Of a DNA stretch of 59,827 nt, positions 55,040 to 59,827 are shown piece after piece. The notes below the pieces were generated by a model. The model worked only from the letters and a program-made list of their open reading frames with translations. It did not search any database and was not told the origin of the DNA. Made by a program: the position numbers and the translations under genes. How positions within the stretch are numbered: position 1 is the stretch's first letter; each line of letters starts with the position of its first letter. This DNA is from a virus. Lineage: Duplodnaviria; Caudoviricetes. The DNA is taken from IMG/VR virus record IMGVR_UViG_3300042292_000091, positions 1 to 59,827 of that record, one strand, 5' to 3'.

Positions 55040-57333
55040 TGCCACTTCAGAGAGTTGATTTCAGGCCCGGCGTCAATCGAGAAACCACTAACTACGCTGG
55101 TGAGGGCGGGTTTTTCGTCGTAGACAAGGTGCGGTTCCGTGGTGGCTACGCCCAAAAGATCGGCGGCTGGGTCAACATCACTAATAACGCTAATACCTAT
55201 AACGGCGTAGCCCGGTCGCTGTGGAACTACTCGACTCTGGAAGGACTTAACCTTTTAAGCGTAGGGACCAATCAGAAATTCTACGTCGAGCTTGGCGGCG
55301 TCTATCACGACATTACCCCCCTTGCTTTCTCGGGGACGCTTTCTAGCGACCCAATCCGTACTACTGCTGGAAGTAAACTCGTCAACATTACATCGACGGG
55401 ACACGGCGTATCACTCGGTACGTTTGTTACTTTCTCTGGCGCGACCGCTGTCGGTAGTTTGACTATTAACGGAGAGTACGAGGTCATCTCGGTTTCGAGC
55501 GCCAACTCGTTTGTCATTGCAAGCCCAACGCCCGCCGGGTCAACTGCTACAGGCGGTGGCTCTCTCGTTATCGGGCAATACGACATTGATGCCGGTACTG
55601 CGGTCTATACGACTTCGGTTGGTTGGGGCGGCCCTCCGTGGGGTTCTGGTACTTGGGGTTCTAGTACTCCAGCAGGTGTACCGCTTCGTCTTTGGTCGCA
55701 GTTTAATTACGGCAACGACCTGATTTTTGCTGAAAACAACGGCGCTATTTACTACTGGACTAAAGACACTTCTACATGGTCAAGAGCAACGACTCTTGAG
55801 GCTAAAGCAAATTCTGTAGAAAAAACGGCTACGACGGCAGCTTACGCTTCGGGGTCTATTACCGTAGTTGTTGCAGATGCAACCGGAATTAATACGGGCG
55901 CGGTTGTTTCGGGTAGTGGCATTCCGTCTGGCACTTATGTTCTGGCTACGTGGGACGGCAGTACTTCGGTAACACTTTCTACGGCTACAACGGCTTCTGC
56001 TACAGCGTCTTTGCTGTCTTTTAGTTATTCGGGCCGACACGTACCGAACGAAACGGCGTTGATCCTCGACTCCCCGGTTGACGATTTCACCGTATGTATG
56101 GGGGCTAACCCGTACGATCCGACTAACTTTGATACCGCATTTGATCCGCTCGTTGTTCGTTGGTCAGATGCCGATAACCCGTACGAGTGGGTGCCTGAAG
56201 TTACGAACCAGTCAGGTGAACAACGTCTGGCTAATGGCTCTAAGATCGTAGCGGCTACGACAGCGCGTCAAGAAATTGTCGTTTGGACAGACACGGCTGT
56301 GTACTCCATGCAGTACCTCGGGCCTCCGTTTGTCTTCGGCTTTACGCTGCTTGATCAAGACATTTCTATCGCATCGCAGAACTCGGTCATTAACGTCAAC
56401 AACGCCGTGTATTGGATGGGACTGGATAAGTTCTTCGTATACGACGGTCGCGTAAACACACTGCCTTGCACGATCCGACAGCATATATTTAGTACGCTAA
56501 ATAAAGATCAAATCGCGCAAGTCACTTGCGGTAACAACGAAGCGTTCAGCGAAGTCTGGTGGTTTTACCCAAGCACCGGAAGTACCCGCAACGACACGGT
56601 AGTAATATTCAACTACCTCGAAAACGTCTGGTCATACGGCAGTTTGGGTCGAAGCGCGTTTTCACCGCAATTAATCCGTGACTACCCGTTGCTGGCGAAT
56701 AGTATCCAAGTGTCTTACACGACGGCGGATATCACAGCTTCAGATACCAGCATTACTTTGCTGAACGCCTCTTCATATCCCAGTGCTGGGACTATCTTTA
56801 TTGACTCTGAGCAGATTACGTACACCGGGGTCACGAATAACACCGTTCTGACTGGGTGCGTGCGAGGCGTAAACGGAACGGTGGCTGCGTCTCATACGGC
56901 TTACACGCCGGTCACGATGTCCTATCCGAATCAGGTTCTTTACCACGAAGTCGGTTGGGATGATGTCTCAACGGGCACCGCGCAGCCGATCAGTTGCTTC
57001 ATTGAGTCGTCAGACTTTGACATCGGTGACGGACACAACTTTGGCTTTGTGTCACGTATCATTCCGGACATTAAGTTCTTGGGATCATCGACCACGACTC
57101 CCTCTGTCAATATTTCTATCTACCCGCGCAACTATCCCGGTGCCGCATACGGCACACCCGACATAGAAACAGTGCAGGCTACGGCTGTATTGCCGTACGA
57201 GATTTACACCGAGCAGTTGTTTACGCGAGTTCGGAGTAGGCAGATGGCGGTGCGTGTAGGGTCATCGGACCTTGGCGTGTCGTGGCAGATGGGTGCGCTG
57301 CGTCTTGATATCAGGCCGGACGGTCGTCGGTAA
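55039..57333 (+). CDS. Tail nozzle/stabilisation protein (tubular B-like)
   Basis: KVRFRGGYAQKIGGW, VRWSD, EVWWFYPS, C-terminal RLDIRPDGRR; inserted T/S-rich beta domains. Confidence 0.7.
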   Translation: MPLQRVDFRPGVNRETTNYAGEGGFFVVDKVRFRGGYAQKIGGWVNITNNANTYNGVARSLWNYSTLEGLNLLSVGTNQKFYVELGGVYHDITPLAFSGTLSSDPIRTTAGSKLVNITSTGHGVSLGTFVTFSGATAVGSLTINGEYEVISVSSANSFVIASPTPAGSTATGGGSLVIGQYDIDAGTAVYTTSVGWGGPPWGSGTWGSSTPAGVPLRLWSQFNYGNDLIFAENNGAIYYWTKDTSTWSRATTLEAKANSVEKTATTAAYASGSITVVVADATGINTGAVVSGSGIPSGTYVLATWDGSTSVTLSTATTASATASLLSFSYSGRHVPNETALILDSPVDDFTVCMGANPYDPTNFDTAFDPLVVRWSDADNPYEWVPEVTNQSGEQRLANGSKIVAATTARQEIVVWTDTAVYSMQYLGPPFVFGFTLLDQDISIASQNSVINVNNAVYWMGLDKFFVYDGRVNTLPCTIRQHIFSTLNKDQIAQVTCGNNEAFSEVWWFYPSTGSTRNDTVVIFNYLENVWSYGSLGRSAFSPQLIRDYPLLANSIQVSYTTADITASDTSITLLNASSYPSAGTIFIDSEQITYTGVTNNTVLTGCVRGVNGTVAASHTAYTPVTMSYPNQVLYHEVGWDDVSTGTAQPISCFIESSDFDIGDGHNFGFVSRIIPDIKFLGSSTTTPSVNISIYPRNYPGAAYGTPDIETVQATAVLPYEIYTEQLFTRVRSRQMAVRVGSSDLGVSWQMGALRLDIRPDGRR

Positions 57334-57932
57334 TGACCGTACCTCGTGGTGTAGTTCCGCCGAGTATTCCAGTCGCACTTAGACAGTACGACCAGCGTGG
57401 CATGGAGCAGACTAATAATGTTCTGCGCCTCTTCTTTAATCAAATTGCCAACCGGATCAACTCGCCTACCGCACATGCTTCGTACTTTGACACTACAACG
57501 CAGACGAATCCGGTAGCAAGTGCAGTAAATATATTTAAATACAACTCAGTTGTGTCTGAGTTTCAGGTGACTCGCGGTACCCCAACGTCGAAAATCTACG
57601 TCAACAACACTGGGGTTTATAACTTTCAGTTCTCGGCGCAGTTAGACAAGACAGGCGGTGGCTCTGATGCGGTTTACATCTGGCCTCGCATTAACGGGGT
57701 TAACGTACCGGACTCAGCCACCAAGATTGTCATTGACGGTCCTAACAGCGAAATCGTCCCGGCTTGGAACTTCGTACTGGTTATGGAAGCAGGGGACTAT
57801 TTTGAGTTGGCTTGGCAGTCGCCAGATACGGCTGTGTTTGTCCCTTACGTAGCCCCAACCGGGAATATTCCAGCTATCCCGTCCATCATTCTGACCGTCA
57901 CTTGGGTGTCGAATTACGAGGCCAACCGGTGA
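57333..57932 (+). CDS. Tail-associated protein
   Basis: NNVLRLFFNQ; GVYNFQFSAQL; PAIPSIILTV. Confidence 0.6.
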   Translation: MTVPRGVVPPSIPVALRQYDQRGMEQTNNVLRLFFNQIANRINSPTAHASYFDTTTQTNPVASAVNIFKYNSVVSEFQVTRGTPTSKIYVNNTGVYNFQFSAQLDKTGGGSDAVYIWPRINGVNVPDSATKIVIDGPNSEIVPAWNFVLVMEAGDYFELAWQSPDTAVFVPYVAPTGNIPAIPSIILTVTWVSNYEANR

Positions 57933-57966
57933 TACCATTTAAGAAACCTTTCCCCTTGGGGGGCTT

Positions 57967-59827
57967 ATGAACCAATATCCTGCGGCGGGACTCGCGTCCC
58001 TTGTAGCCGCTCAAGGCCGTAACGGGGATTCCGCCCTCGTTCACATGACTCCCGAAGAGGTTCGCAGCCTCCAAGCCATCGCCCGTGCACAGGGTGTGGA
58101 ACTGCCGGTCAATCCGGTAACAGGGGTCCTTGAAGCGTCGGCCCTTAGTAGATTTTTAAGTTCTATTGGAAGGGGCATTGCTAACGTCGGTCGCACGATA
58201 ATCCAAAACCCTCAGACCACCGCATTGATTGCTGGCACCGCCTACGGCGCTATCAAGGGCGATCTACAAAAGGGTCTTGAGGCGGGCATGAAAGCCTACG
58301 CCGGGACTAAGTTGCTCGGTGGTATTACGAGCGCAGTACAGCAAGGTAGGAGAACCCCCGGTATCGCGGGTCCTGCTGGATACAGAGAGGCTTCTCGTGG
58401 AGCAGATGACTTTGGCGAAGTTGCACCGGGTTTGATGGATGTTAAGCCTACGGTTGAAGCTCCGTTAGGTAGAAGTCCTGCCAGTGGTGGCGGGCTTGAT
58501 GCGCTCTTACAACGAATACTAGGCGGCGGTCAGTCGGGTACTACGCAACAAGGGCAACCCTCGCAAGGACAACAGGGACAGCAGGGTATTTTCGGTCGAG
58601 GCACTGACCCGATCATGCAGGCGATTGCGCTTTATGCAATGAATCGTGCTGAACAAAAGGCGACGGGACAACGACCGGGTATTCCAACTCCGCAGCCTCA
58701 ACAGTACCGCAACGTCCAGTTTAATTACGGACGGGTCAATCCAAGGTTCCGTGAGCCGGGGCAACCGTACTTTATTGACGGCGGCTATACCGATCAGGGC
58801 TACACCACGCAGTTCCCTGATTACAGTAGGCCACCACCTACGGGGCAAGCGCCACAAGCGCCTAATCAACCGCCACAGACTCCTCCACGGAACCAACCTC
58901 CTCCTTACGCGCAGGATGATCGTCGCTACGGGCTGCAAATGGCTTCGGGCGGCGTCGCCTACGCGGATGGCGGAGTTTCTGAAACGGCGAGCAACTTGGA
59001 GCAAGACGAGCAAAGGAGGCGCGAAGAATACTTCCGTAACCTCCGCCCTTTCGCTCCCGCCCTGACTGATCAGTATCGCACCGATGCAACTCGCATCGGG
59101 TCAGTTCAGGGCGTTGATCCTTATAACCGCGATCCGCTTACCCGCCTGACGCAGCCCGCACCCAGAGGTGTAGGCACGGAAGGTATTGCCTCACTCCAAC
59201 CGTACGATGAATCGCTCGCTGAGTGGTATCGTTCGCTATTAGTCCCCCCGATTGGCCGTGCGCCGCTTGAGACGGGAGACTATTTCACGACTACGCCGAA
59301 GCGTGGTGCGACTAACTATGGCCCGGTAATTAATTACCCGCCCCCGCCACCTCCGCCAATAGTTGTCCCGCCGCCCCCGCCACCTCCGCCGCTCACCTGC
59401 CCAAATGGTGAGCCTTTTGACTTAATTCGTTTGGCACAGGGACTTGACCCGTGCGGCATTGGCGGCTGCGGCGCTAACGAATATTTTGACGTCAGCACGA
59501 AGCAGTGCGAGTGTATGCCCGGCACTACTCGTGGTGCCGATGGCGTTTGCGGTAAAGGACCTCCGGGACCTCCGGGACCTCCGGGACCTCCGGGACCTCC
59601 GGGACCTCCGGGACCTCCGGGACCTCCGGGGCCGCCTCAACCTCCGGGACCTCCGGGACCTCCGGGACCTCCGGGACCTCCGGGACCTCCGGGACCTCCG
59701 GGGCCGCCTCAACCTCCGGGACCTCCGGGGCCGCCTCAACCTCCGGGACCTCCGGGACCTCCGGGACCTCCGGGGCCGCCTCAACCTCCGGGACCTCCGG
59801 GACCTCCGGGACCGCCGGTGCCTCCGG
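57967..59827 (+). CDS. Internal virion protein with poly-Pro, Cys-rich and collagen-like regions, 3'-truncated (not in ORF track)
   Basis: Hand-translated, no stop from ATG 57967 to window end; [16 protein letters not shown]...[11 protein letters not shown]-terminal motif. Confidence 0.8.
   Translation, partial: MNQYPAAGLASLVAAQGRNGDSALVHMTPEEVRSLQAIARAQGVELPVNPVTGVLEASALSRFLSSIGRGIANVGRTIIQNPQTTALIAGTAYGAIKGDLQKGLEAGMKAYAGTKLLGGITSAVQQGRRTPGIAGPAGYREASRGADDFGEVAPGLMDVKPTVEAPLGRSPASGGGLDALLQRILGGGQSGTTQQGQPSQGQQGQQGIFGRGTDPIMQAIALYAMNRAEQKATGQRPGIPTPQPQQYRNVQFNYGRVNPRFREPGQPYFIDGGYTDQGYTTQFPDYSRPPPTGQAPQAPNQPPQTPPRNQPPPYAQDDRRYGLQMASGGVAYADGGVSETASNLEQDEQRRREEYFRNLRPFAPALTDQYRTDATRIGSVQGVDPYNRDPLTRLTQPAPRGVGTEGIASLQPYDESLAEWYRSLLVPPIGRAPLETGDYFTTTPKRGATNYGPVINYPPPPPPPIVVPPPPPPPPLTCPNGEPFDLIRLAQGLDPCGIGGCGANEYFDVSTKQCECMPGTTRGADGVCGKGPPGPPGPPGPPGPPGPPGPPGPPGPPQPPGPPGPPGPPGPPGPPGPPGPPQPPGPPGPPQPPGPPGPPGPPGPPQPPGPPGPPGPPVPP
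59557..59827 (+). repeat. 9-bp tandem repeat GGACCTCCG encoding (Gly-Pro-Pro)n
   Basis: About 30 triplets, mostly GPP with QPP interruptions; runs off window end. Confidence 0.95.

Noticed and set aside
59422-59784. Arg/Ser-rich minus-strand ORF
   Set aside because: Reverse reading of the GPP repeat
1-59827. tRNA, integrase, reverse transcriptase/DGR, RNA polymerase
   Set aside because: No cloverleaf or diagnostic motifs recognised by eye; absence not confirmed computationally

Overview
A near-complete ~60 kb tailed dsDNA phage genome, probably podovirus-like (internal/ejection proteins, no tape measure or sheath recognised). Both window ends break inside the internal-virion-protein cluster. 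The minus-strand arm (7.7-34.2 kb) carries early genes (AAA ATPase/VWA pair, VRR-NUC), a modification cluster (two 2OG-Fe(II) oxygenases, glycosyltransferases, methyltransferase) and replication genes (PolA, PD-(D/E)XK exonuclease, SNF2 helicase, primase-helicase). The plus-strand arm (34.6-59.8 kb, continuing at 1-7.7 kb) carries terminase, portal, GroES, capsid, tail, lysis and internal proteins. The standout feature is at 23.9-25.1 kb: a lone RAMP/Cas7-like gene followed directly by a non-coding array of 102 phased GGY-NN pentamers in four tracts, separated by three near-identical hairpin+U-tract elements. This is a candidate RNA-guided system with a gapped dinucleotide code; it matches the architecture I recall being called VIPR, which needs verifying. 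Other notable signals: eight GCCATT-N4-AATGGC palindromes, an iteron-rich putative origin, an FtsK-gamma-like domain in the giant internal protein, two candidate structured RNAs and a (Gly-Pro-Pro)n collagen-like tract. All family assignments come from motif recognition by eye, not database searches.
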